A stretch of 64,000 bases of DNA from the IMG/VR virus record IMGVR_UViG_3300026382_000001; one strand, written 5' to 3'. Positions 49,176 to 58,017 of this stretch are shown here, piece after piece. Position 1 is the stretch's first letter, and every line of letters begins with the position of its first letter. This DNA is from a virus (lineage: Duplodnaviria > Heunggongvirae > Uroviricota > Caudoviricetes). The translations under genes and the position numbers were made by a program. Under the pieces are notes generated by a model. That model did no database searches, was not told the origin of the DNA, and worked only from the letters and a program-made list of their open reading frames with translations.

Positions 49176-49412
49176 TTATTGAGAAATAATTGGATAATAT
49201 ACCCAAATGTATTCTGATTCTTTATTTGGAATTATTAATTTATTAATATCTCCATTTTTTTCAGAATCGTTTAATATGAAATCATATTTCTCAAATGGTT
49301 TTATAATATTTTTTTGGGTAGTTTCTAATGGAAATTTTTCAATTTCACTAAAATCAAAACCCAAATCTAAAGCGATTTGTTTCGGAATAGAAACACTTCT
49401 GATATCAGCCAT
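49176..49412 (-). CDS. small hypothetical protein
   Basis: 78 aa ORF with AAGGA SD. Confidence 0.6.
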   Translation of the reverse strand: MADIRSVSIPKQIALDLGFDFSEIEKFPLETTQKNIIKPFEKYDFILNDSEKNGDINKLIIPNKESEYIWVYYPIISQ

Positions 49413-49431
49413 ATTAAATCCTTATTAAAGG

Positions 49432-50082
49432 TTAAACATCTATAAATGTATTAGCATTAGATATACTAAGTACTACATCGACATCCGTTTCAAAACGTTC
49501 TATACGCTCTCTAAGATCTTCTATAACACTTCCAAGATTGATTGGATCCATTAAAGTAGGGTTATAAATACTAGCAAGTTCTTTAGCAAGTACTTCGGAA
49601 TTACTATTTTTATTACTATCCGAAGATAATTTTGCATTAAGAAGTTCAGTAATCTTTTCTCTAGCTTCTTCAGACTCTTCTTGGAAGTTTCCTTGAATAG
49701 TACTATAAATTCCTTCGAGAATTCTTAGTAAGTCTTTATCTTGCTGAATACTATTTTTATATTCAATACATTCAACAATACTCATTTTGGTATCTGCGAT
49801 AGTAACTTCGGTGATAGCATTACTAAGAGCTATTTTAGCTTTAAGAGTTCTTCTATTTTTAATAATGTTTGTTACACTATCTAACGAACCTTGAGCTTTC
49901 TTTTGTAACTCTTCAGAAGTTAATAAAGTATATTCACCTTTAGTACTATTACCAATTTTAAAATCTATTGGATAATTATTACTTTTTTGAAGCTCTTGTA
50001 ATTTTTTAGTTACTTTTTTATCTAGTAATTTTAATGTACTAAGCGCTTCGGTAATAGTTATAGCTTGTTTTTCTTTAGACAT
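49432..50082 (-). CDS. conserved coiled-coil hypothetical protein
   Basis: ATG at 50082 after AAAGGG; ITEALSTLK..LSISNANTFIDV. Confidence 0.7.
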   Translation of the reverse strand: MSKEKQAITITEALSTLKLLDKKVTKKLQELQKSNNYPIDFKIGNSTKGEYTLLTSEELQKKAQGSLDSVTNIIKNRRTLKAKIALSNAITEVTIADTKMSIVECIEYKNSIQQDKDLLRILEGIYSTIQGNFQEESEEAREKITELLNAKLSSDSNKNSNSEVLAKELASIYNPTLMDPINLGSVIEDLRERIERFETDVDVVLSISNANTFIDV

Positions 50083-50143
50083 TTTAAACCCTTTAATGTT
50101 TTGATACATATTATATCTATTGTATCTAAGGGCCGTTATTTAG

Positions 50144-50707
50144 TTAACTATTTTCTATCATATAAAAATTTAATAATCCTAAATTACTAGAAATATTAAT
50201 GTCTTCTTGATTAGATACAAATAAAGCATTAACTGGAGAATCTAATAAATTTAATAATCCTAAATTACTAGAAATATTAATGTCTTCTTGATTAGATACA
50301 AATAAAGCATTAACTGGAGAATCTAATAAATTTAATAATCCTAAATTACTAGAAATATTAATGTCTTCTTGATTGGATACAAATAAAGCATTAACTGGAG
50401 AATCTAATAAATTTAATAATCCTAAATTACTAGAAATATTAATGTCTTCTTGATTGGATACAAATAAAGCATCGACTGGCGAATCTAATAAATTTAATAA
50501 TCCTAAATTACTAGAAATATTAATATCTGGTATTGCTAATAAATCTTCTATTCTTTTAAGACGATCGGCAATTTTTAAAAAATTTTCCTGGATTGGTTCA
50601 TTCCAATTCATAGTTTTTTTACCAATTAATGTCAAATCTTTATAATATATTTTTTGCCAATCTGGGACTTGTATAGAAGTCCCAGATTCATTTATTAAAT
50701 AATACAT
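50144..50707 (-). CDS. NWNEP-domain protein with 27-aa tandem repeats
   Basis: N-terminal NWNEPIQENF; DINISSNLGLLNLLDSPVNALFVSNQE x4 plus a partial copy. Confidence 0.7.
   Translation of the reverse strand: MYYLINESGTSIQVPDWQKIYYKDLTLIGKKTMNWNEPIQENFLKIADRLKRIEDLLAIPDINISSNLGLLNLLDSPVDALFVSNQEDINISSNLGLLNLLDSPVNALFVSNQEDINISSNLGLLNLLDSPVNALFVSNQEDINISSNLGLLNLLDSPVNALFVSNQEDINISSNLGLLNFYMIENS
50166..50524. repeat. 81-bp tandem repeat, about 4.4 copies
   Basis: taataatcctaaattactag recurs at 50171, 50252, 50333, 50414 and 50495. Confidence 0.9.
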
Positions 50708-50716
50708 TATTTGTTC

Positions 50717-52555
50717 CTATTTAGAATTATTTTTTAACACATTAATATCATAAATATAAACTGATCCAGCATCAACCGTTCCAGTATCTTCTACATATGC
50801 TCCAACAACTAAAGTATCATTTGAAATAGATACATTGAATCCAAAATAATCGATCCCTTGACCATCAATAGCTTGAATTTTTATTTCAGATGCCATGATA
50901 CTATCACTATCAAATTTCGTTAAATCATACATATAAACCGACCCAGCATCCGTCCCATTAGTATCTTGCCAAGGCGACGAAACAACTAAAGTATCATTTA
51001 AAATAGCTACATTGTATCCAAACTGGTCCCGGATATTTATATCGCTCGAGATAATTTTTATTTCGGATGCCTTGATACTATCAATATCAAAGTTCGTTAA
51101 ATCATAAATATAAGCTGATCCGGCAAGTGTCCCATTAGTACTGTTTGCATGTGCTCCAACAACTAAAGTATCATTTGAAATAGATACATTGTATCCAAAA
51201 TAACCACGTGTTTGCACCACACTAGCATGAATTTTTATTTCAGATGCTTGGATACTATCAATATCAAAGTCCGTTAAATCATAAATATAAACTGCTCCAG
51301 CATCAGTAGTCCCAGCATCTTCTGCATATGCTCCAACAACTAAAGTATCATTTGAAATAGATACATTGAATCCAAAATAATCACCAGATTGTGCATCACT
51401 AGATCGAATTTTTATTTCAGATGCTTTGATACTATCAATATCAAAGTTCGTTAAATCATAAATATAAACTGCTCCAGCAACATCTTCTCCATATGCTCCA
51501 ACAACTAAAGTATCATTTGAAATAGTTACATTGTATCCAAAATAGTCATTAGCTCGAATATCATTAGATTGAATTTTTATTTCAGATGCTTTGATACTAT
51601 CAATATCAAAGTTCGTTAAATCATAAATATAAACTGATCCAGCAGACGATCCAGTAGTATCTTCTCCATATGCTCCAACAACTAAAGTATTATTTGAAAT
51701 AGATACAGTGTATCCAAAATAGTCCGACTTTTGAGCATTACTAGCTTGAATTTTTATTTCTAAATCTTTTTCAATATCATAAATATAAACTGATCCAGCA
51801 TCGGTTTCAGTGGTATCTTCATTAGGTGCCCCAACAACAATATATTTATCGGTATTACATACAGAACGCCCAAAATAGTCTTTACTTTGAGCATCACTAG
51901 CTTGAAGTTTAATACTATTATAAAATTGAGTTTTTTTAAGAATAAAATTTTCATTTTCTTTATCAGTACTGAATAAATTAATAATATTATTATAGTTATT
52001 AAATTTTAAAGCAGATAGACTATCACCAACTTCAGGATCTCTAAAATTTAAATAAATTTCTTTATTATCGATTGGGATAATTGAAAATGGTTTAGTAATA
52101 TCTAGTACCATATTTCCAGATGTACCAATAGTACTAAAAACTCCATTAATAACATAATTCAACTCTGGAGCATCGGTACGAGCATTAATAGTAATATCTA
52201 AATCTCCAGATTTAATAATACCTGAATCTGTTACATCATCAACGTTATAATTATTTACGAATGATTCATTCGTAATGCTAAAAGATATTTCCGAAGTTTC
52301 CGTCATAGTTATTTCTGGAATTATTAAAGTATTAAGGTATCTTAATGAACCATTTGCCATTTTACCATTAATTTTCTCATTTATGTTAACCGCTTCTGTA
52401 TTATTAATACTAACAATTACAGTAATTCTTTGATTTACAAAATCTGGTAAATAAATATCCTTTAATCCTTCCCCAATAAAAGAATCTGGAAAAGTAGTAC
52501 TAAAAGGATTATTCACCATAAAAGCATTGGCTTGTATATTTTTATTTAAATTCAT
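50717..52555 (-). CDS. FG-GAP repeat seven-bladed beta-propeller protein
   Basis: Seven repeats of the type DYFGxxVxISNDTLVVGAxxED..AGxVYIYD. Confidence 0.85.
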   Translation of the reverse strand: MNLNKNIQANAFMVNNPFSTTFPDSFIGEGLKDIYLPDFVNQRITVIVSINNTEAVNINEKINGKMANGSLRYLNTLIIPEITMTETSEISFSITNESFVNNYNVDDVTDSGIIKSGDLDITINARTDAPELNYVINGVFSTIGTSGNMVLDITKPFSIIPIDNKEIYLNFRDPEVGDSLSALKFNNYNNIINLFSTDKENENFILKKTQFYNSIKLQASDAQSKDYFGRSVCNTDKYIVVGAPNEDTTETDAGSVYIYDIEKDLEIKIQASNAQKSDYFGYTVSISNNTLVVGAYGEDTTGSSAGSVYIYDLTNFDIDSIKASEIKIQSNDIRANDYFGYNVTISNDTLVVGAYGEDVAGAVYIYDLTNFDIDSIKASEIKIRSSDAQSGDYFGFNVSISNDTLVVGAYAEDAGTTDAGAVYIYDLTDFDIDSIQASEIKIHASVVQTRGYFGYNVSISNDTLVVGAHANSTNGTLAGSAYIYDLTNFDIDSIKASEIKIISSDINIRDQFGYNVAILNDTLVVSSPWQDTNGTDAGSVYMYDLTKFDSDSIMASEIKIQAIDGQGIDYFGFNVSISNDTLVVGAYVEDTGTVDAGSVYIYDINVLKNNSK

Positions 52556-52565
52556 TATTTATTCC

Positions 52566-52964
52566 TTATATTTTTATAAATAGTTTTTGCAAATTATTTT
52601 CAATAGTTGTATCTAGATTATAATCTTGAATTACTATATGGTTAGACATATCATTTAATATTACTATTTCGTTTAAAGAATCTTTTGGTGCAACTGTACA
52701 CCAAGTACACTCTCCGGATACATCTGGTGTAAACGAGATTGGATCTACTCCGTCAATAACGCTGTCAAATTCTCCATTTACTAAAGTTACAGAAACTTCT
52801 CCAAGTTTATCAGAAATTCTATTACCATTTAGAAAAGTATTCATTTCTTCTCTAGTTGGTTGAACTCCAGTAAAAAATTGGATTAGAAGTTCTGAACTAT
52901 TAATACGATTATTTAATTCATTTTTAAAATCGTTTATAAACGAATCTGTTAGTTTTGTAGTCAT
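52566..52964 (-). CDS. hypothetical virion-type protein
   Basis: IQFFTGVQP..SGECTW pattern; 132 aa. Confidence 0.5.
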   Translation of the reverse strand: MTTKLTDSFINDFKNELNNRINSSELLIQFFTGVQPTREEMNTFLNGNRISDKLGEVSVTLVNGEFDSVIDGVDPISFTPDVSGECTWCTVAPKDSLNEIVILNDMSNHIVIQDYNLDTTIENNLQKLFIKI

Positions 52965-52992
52965 TTTTATTCCTTGTTTTTATAATAAATTA

Positions 52993-53754
52993 TCAAGCTT
53001 TATTTAATTCAAAATTATTAAAATGATGTATTAAATTTTGTCTCGTGTAATTTAATTTAAATTTTTGTTTAGTACATTCCCAACCATATTGTTGAAAATA
53101 TTTAAATTTTTGTTTAAATATTTTGTACTTCCTTAATTTGTTATCTAATTTTTTTTGTTTTTTTAGAAAGTCTTTTTCAATATCTTTTTTACGTTTGTTA
53201 AAATCGATACACCTGCCTTTAATATAACCTAAAGATATATAATCATTTAAAAATACTTTTGGTATTTTTAAATTTTCTTCTTTCTCTAAATGATATACCC
53301 ATATATTCCCATATGAACCATTATCTTTACCATATAATTTATTTTTCTTTTGTAATTTATTAACTTTTATTTTATTGTACTGAAACATAATTCCAGTTAC
53401 TTTTTCTCGCTCACCGTTATTATTTGGGGAAGTTTTCATATAGTTAAAAGCATATATCATTTTATGTTTATTTTGACCTGTACAAAATTTAGTTAATAAT
53501 AAATGGCATATATAATGTTCTTTGGCCGTTAAAAAAACTAAATTATTTTTAAAATTAAAATTAAATTCGTTTAATTTTAATTTCTTAAAAGAAGATGGGA
53601 TTATGTGATGGCACTCCAAATAAGCATAATAATTCAGTTTCCTTCGTTTAGCATTATTTATTATGTTAAAATACCAAGTACGATATTTATTTTTTAAAAA
53701 TAATTGATTAGACATATTCAACCTTAATAATAAATTATTAATATTTAGTTTCAC
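52993..53754 (-). CDS. HNH homing endonuclease
   Basis: YLECHHIIP..NLVFLTAKEHYICHLLL; basic C-terminus. Confidence 0.85.
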   Translation of the reverse strand: MKLNINNLLLRLNMSNQLFLKNKYRTWYFNIINNAKRRKLNYYAYLECHHIIPSSFKKLKLNEFNFNFKNNLVFLTAKEHYICHLLLTKFCTGQNKHKMIYAFNYMKTSPNNNGEREKVTGIMFQYNKIKVNKLQKKNKLYGKDNGSYGNIWVYHLEKEENLKIPKVFLNDYISLGYIKGRCIDFNKRKKDIEKDFLKKQKKLDNKLRKYKIFKQKFKYFQQYGWECTKQKFKLNYTRQNLIHHFNNFELNKA

Positions 53755-53789
53755 ATGGGTATAATTACTTTAAAATAAGAATAACTTTA

Positions 53790-53798
53790 TATAGATAT
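53790..53798 (+). promoter_or_regulatory. second promoter class TATAGATAT
   Basis: On the plus strand, upstream of the sole plus-strand gene. Confidence 0.45.
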
Positions 53799-53870
53799 CT
53801 TATAATCGATATAAAGAATACAATACGTAAGTATTTTTTATTTTCAAATAAATATAAAAAGGAGTCTTAA

Positions 53871-55103
53871 ATGACAAATGCGAGAATAATGGAGTTATTA
53901 AATAACAACAGTAGAACTGGAATATCAGAGGTATTAAACTATCTTCGAAAAATTAGTATTACTGGTTTAAATATTAATGAGAATGGGTTAAATGAAATAT
54001 TAGAAAGAGTAAACGAAATTGATGAACAACAAAGAAAATATTTAATGGACGTAGATTTATTTAAATTATTTACTAGTAATCGAAATCGTATTACACCAAC
54101 TTTATCAAGTACTTGGAAAATAGATTATCGAAACACCGATGTATATTCTGGTTATATGGTTTTAGAAAATGATGAAGGTATTAGAATTCAACGAGTACCT
54201 TCAAGTAATTTTTTTAAAACTATGAAAAAAGGTTTACTTAATGAAAATGGTGAGCCGGAAGAACTTAAGATAATTGGTGGTAATTTAGAAGGGAGATTTA
54301 TAGTTAATCATCATAGACAACTTTTTTCAGAAGGTTTTTATAATCTTTGGCGAAAAATACATTTTCCAGAAACAGAAGAGGAAGATAACAACGAAGTTAA
54401 TAAAGATAATATAGAAGTTGGAAAATATTACTTGGCTAATAAAGATTTAAATGGGATATATTTGGAGAAGTTCTTAGGTGCCAAATACATTGTTAAATAT
54501 AAAATAATAGCTGGAGAATTGGTTCCTCATATTAGTAAACAAAAATTGGCTTTACAAATATATTTAGGTAATTATACTTTAAGTCATAATATGAATGTTA
54601 ACACATGTGGAAAAATTAAAATTTTAAGTCCTTATAAAAAATTAAAATATTATGAGGAATTTAATAATCTTCCTTTTTTAAGATCGATGTCCGAAGAAGA
54701 GGAACGAAAAAAAATATCATCCCATTATAATTATCAAGATAACATAATTGATATTTTAGATGAGTTACCGGCTTCTAAAAAGGAAATTGGTTTTAAATTA
54801 GTCCCATCAGATTACGATGATATTATTAACGTTATTAAGATACAGGGTAAGTATGTGTTAATTAACAATATTCGTGTACCTAGAGGTAATACTCATATTC
54901 AGCGATGTCGTCCAAAAGGAATTATTCGTCCAGATATAAATACTATTGGAAAAATACATATCGATCGAGAACAAGTAGGTAATAATTTTGATAGAGAGGA
55001 ATTTTTAATAGCTAATGATCTATCCGATGCGTATAAAATACAAGTTACTCCATTTATAAATAATGGTATACAATTAAATATTATAGACGATATTATTGGT
55101 TAA
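53871..55103 (+). CDS. hypothetical protein (only credible plus-strand gene)
   Basis: 410 aa; AAGGAG SD; convergent terminator downstream. Confidence 0.8.
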   Translation: MTNARIMELLNNNSRTGISEVLNYLRKISITGLNINENGLNEILERVNEIDEQQRKYLMDVDLFKLFTSNRNRITPTLSSTWKIDYRNTDVYSGYMVLENDEGIRIQRVPSSNFFKTMKKGLLNENGEPEELKIIGGNLEGRFIVNHHRQLFSEGFYNLWRKIHFPETEEEDNNEVNKDNIEVGKYYLANKDLNGIYLEKFLGAKYIVKYKIIAGELVPHISKQKLALQIYLGNYTLSHNMNVNTCGKIKILSPYKKLKYYEEFNNLPFLRSMSEEEERKKISSHYNYQDNIIDILDELPASKKEIGFKLVPSDYDDIINVIKIQGKYVLINNIRVPRGNTHIQRCRPKGIIRPDINTIGKIHIDREQVGNNFDREEFLIANDLSDAYKIQVTPFINNGIQLNIIDDIIG

Positions 55104-55115
55104 ATAGTTTTAAAG

Positions 55116-55147
55116 GACAGGAAAAGAAAGGCTAACGCCTTTCTTTT
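55116..55147. terminator. bidirectional terminator with TTTCCTGTC tail on the minus side
   Basis: 11-bp stem between convergent genes. Confidence 0.85.
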
Positions 55148-56053
55148 TTATTCGAAATTAAAATAGATTTTTGAAGATTTTAAAAAATAGTTTAATTTTA
55201 TTCGTTTAAAATTTTTTGGTTTTATTTTTTTATTATGTAAATAATATTCTTCTTTTTCTTCGTTAATAATAGCTGGCCCATCTTCTCTATGTAATTCCCC
55301 ATTTTTATAATATTTTTGTTGATAATTTTCTACCCATGCTGGACCATCTTCTCTATGCAGTAATCCATCTTTATAATATCTTTCTTCAAAAGAATGACTA
55401 ATTTTACATAGTTTTTTATACGCTGGTTGAAATTCATCAGATATTACTTTAGAATCTAATTCAGAATATTTATTAAAATGACATTCGAGAATGTCCAAAT
55501 GATTTATTAAAATAAAATTATAATTTTCTTCTTCTCTAATTATATATTCTTGAAATTTATTTATAATAATTTCTAGATTTATATCACTTTCTTTAAGTGA
55601 AGTATTGGATAAAAAATGATAAAATATATCAGAATGTTCGTTAAAATCATCTAAGAATTTTTCTTTTGGGAATTTCTTATCTTCTGGTTTTAAAAAATAT
55701 CTTAATCTTAATTGCAATAATGATTCATAAGAGGTATTATTATTTAAAGAAGTACTATAAAGTATTTTAAATCTTTTAATAGTATTTAAGTATTTATATA
55801 ATTTATTTTTGGTATCTTTAAATAAAAAATATGAAATATTTATATCATAACCTATATGTATTTTATTACTATCATAATATGGAACCATTTTTATTATTCC
55901 ATTAATTTTATTATCTTTATATAAAAATAATTTTTTATTTTTATTTTTATTAAATTTATTATAAAAGAATACCTTCATATTAAGGTATTGTTTATTTAAC
56001 CAATTATCAAACTTTTCTAATTGTTTTGAAAATTCACATTTTATAATTGCCAT
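55148..56053 (-). CDS. hypothetical protein with LHREDGPA repeats
   Basis: YYKDGLLHREDGPA and YYKNGELHREDGPA MORN-like repeats common in phages. Confidence 0.75.
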   Translation of the reverse strand: MAIIKCEFSKQLEKFDNWLNKQYLNMKVFFYNKFNKNKNKKLFLYKDNKINGIIKMVPYYDSNKIHIGYDINISYFLFKDTKNKLYKYLNTIKRFKILYSTSLNNNTSYESLLQLRLRYFLKPEDKKFPKEKFLDDFNEHSDIFYHFLSNTSLKESDINLEIIINKFQEYIIREEENYNFILINHLDILECHFNKYSELDSKVISDEFQPAYKKLCKISHSFEERYYKDGLLHREDGPAWVENYQQKYYKNGELHREDGPAIINEEKEEYYLHNKKIKPKNFKRIKLNYFLKSSKIYFNFE

Positions 56054-56083
56054 AGTATACCTTTAATTATTTTTATAATTAAG

Positions 56084-56092
56084 ATATCTATA
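56084..56092 (-). promoter_or_regulatory. second promoter class TATAGATAT
   Basis: 31 bp upstream of 55148-56053; also at 1898-1906 and 48673-48681. Confidence 0.45.
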
Positions 56093-56103
56093 ATCGCTTA
56101 GAA

Positions 56104-56170
56104 CAAGATAACTATTAATAGTTAACTATTCATAGTGTGTGTACTGATAGTTAACTATTAATAGTTATTC
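56104..56170. repeat. palindromic intergenic repeat cluster G
   Basis: gataactattaatagttaactattcatagtgtgtgtactgatagttaactattaatagttatt. Confidence 0.9.
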
Positions 56171-56218
56171 TCTTTTTTTTGCTAAGTAAAATAGATTTTT
56201 GAAATTACCTAAATTTTT

Positions 56219-56253
56219 CGACAGGAAATTCTAGAAGCTTAGGCTTCTAGAAT
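56219..56253 (-). terminator. intrinsic terminator with TTTCCTGTCG tail
   Basis: 11-bp stem, after the major capsid gene. Confidence 0.85.
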
Positions 56254-56281
56254 AAATTTAAAGGTTTATATAATCCAAGGA

Positions 56282-57835
56282 TTATACGTTAACGAAACCT
56301 TCGTAATTTTTGATACGGATTGTACCAATACCTTCTTGACGAACTATACCAATCCAAGTTCTTGATTTGATAAATGTACGTTTGATACTATTAGTAGTCT
56401 CAGTAATGATATAAAGAGGTTTAAATAGTACTTCAACAAGTGAACTTTGGTTAGTAGCAGGTGCAGTAAGAACTAAGTGTAATAGATCATCAGCAATTGC
56501 ATAAGACTCAACGATTTCAAGTTTATTGAAACCTGATTGAACTCCACCCTGAACAGAATAGTTACCATTCATTTTTTCCATAGATACAGCGAACTCTTGA
56601 AGAGATTTAAGTACTACAGCTACATCAACACCACAAGCAAGATATTGAACTTCCATATTGTTTGTTTTACGCATTTTCTCTACTAGAGACATAATTGTAG
56701 GAACAATATTTTTGAAGATATCTTGGATATTTGAAGGTTTGAAACCATCAGCAGATCCAAATCTTGAGAAGTCTACTTCTTTATATTGACCAATTGATTG
56801 AGCAAATGGAATATTAGATTCAAGTAGTTCAGCAATCTCGAAATCTCTATTTAACTTGATTTGACCTTTTACAAAGTTTTTAAGCTCTGAAATGATATCA
56901 AGTTTATAAATTGCTGACCAATCTTGAATTACTTCTTCAATATTTTCAACTTCGAAAGAATCTTCGATATCTGCATTAACGTCAATGATTTCTTGTTTTG
57001 GAGCTGACTTAACAACACCACGACCATTACCATTACCAAAAAGTCTGAATTTAATTTCAATAGTATCTTCAGTTACAGTTTTGTCACCTGGTTCAATAGT
57101 AATTACAGAAGATGTAATTGAACCTGATTCAAAGTCAACAGAACCTTGAAGTTTATAAACACCACCAGTTACACCTGGAACAACAAAAGAATCAACTGTA
57201 AAGTTACCACGAGCACCTGCGATAGCAGTTACTGGAACATTTTCAACAGTAGTGTTTGTACCATCATCAACAACAACGTCGATACTTACAACTTTGAAAT
57301 TTCTTTTAGAAAGTCTGAAATCACCTTTAGCAATACCAAGTTCGCTATAAAGATTTGCAGATTGAGCAACTTTGAATTGTTTGAAATCTGGACGAATCAT
57401 TGAAGTAGCAGTTGGGAACATGTACTCAGTAACTCCACCTTTTTCATCAATTACTTTAGATACCCATTTGATTCTAGAAATAGAAAGAGTTGGCATATCA
57501 GTTGGAACTGTTGTAACGATTTTGCTAAGTTGTGGCTCAGCATAGATGTTAATAAGCATTGGAATAGTAGTTACAGCATATGCAATAGCTTCTGGAGAAG
57601 TTAAAAGAGCTGAACTTTCCTCAATAAACATTTTACGTTCACGATCAAGTACTGGAAGAATTTTAGCAACAACGCTTTCTTCTAGACCTTTAGTAAGACT
57701 TGATACATACATATCAAAGTAAGAATCATCAAAGATGATCTCAGCTGGTGTTTTTGCTTCTTCGAAAAGATTCGAGTGATCTTTCGTAAACATATCATAG
57801 TTCTCGAGGATTAAATTATCAATTAATTTAGCCAT
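56282..57835 (-). CDS. major capsid protein precursor (HK97 fold, gp23-like)
   Basis: 517 aa; acidic propeptide with xEE sites; QDWSAIYKLD..QIKLNRDFEI and TFIKSR segments; strong codon bias; own promoter and terminator. Confidence 0.8.
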   Translation of the reverse strand: MAKLIDNLILENYDMFTKDHSNLFEEAKTPAEIIFDDSYFDMYVSSLTKGLEESVVAKILPVLDRERKMFIEESSALLTSPEAIAYAVTTIPMLINIYAEPQLSKIVTTVPTDMPTLSISRIKWVSKVIDEKGGVTEYMFPTATSMIRPDFKQFKVAQSANLYSELGIAKGDFRLSKRNFKVVSIDVVVDDGTNTTVENVPVTAIAGARGNFTVDSFVVPGVTGGVYKLQGSVDFESGSITSSVITIEPGDKTVTEDTIEIKFRLFGNGNGRGVVKSAPKQEIIDVNADIEDSFEVENIEEVIQDWSAIYKLDIISELKNFVKGQIKLNRDFEIAELLESNIPFAQSIGQYKEVDFSRFGSADGFKPSNIQDIFKNIVPTIMSLVEKMRKTNNMEVQYLACGVDVAVVLKSLQEFAVSMEKMNGNYSVQGGVQSGFNKLEIVESYAIADDLLHLVLTAPATNQSSLVEVLFKPLYIITETTNSIKRTFIKSRTWIGIVRQEGIGTIRIKNYEGFVNV

Positions 57836-57982
57836 ATTATTTTTCCTTGTTAAAAAAATTATTTATTTTTTTGATTTTTTTTATTTATTTAATTAAATAA
57901 ATACTTAAATCGTTAAGTATTTAGAAAGTTTTGGTGGGATCTTACAACCCGAGAAAATCATAATTAAATAAATTTATTTCCT

Positions 57983-57991
57983 TATTTAGTT
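57983..57991 (-). promoter_or_regulatory. late-type promoter AACTAAATA
   Basis: Upstream of the major capsid gene. Confidence 0.6.
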
Positions 57992-58017
57992 ATATGTGGA
58001 TTTTCTTATTGTTTAAT

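Noticed and set aside
50717-52555. Diversity-generating retroelement target
   Set aside because: No reverse transcriptase or template repeat with adenine-specific differences in this window
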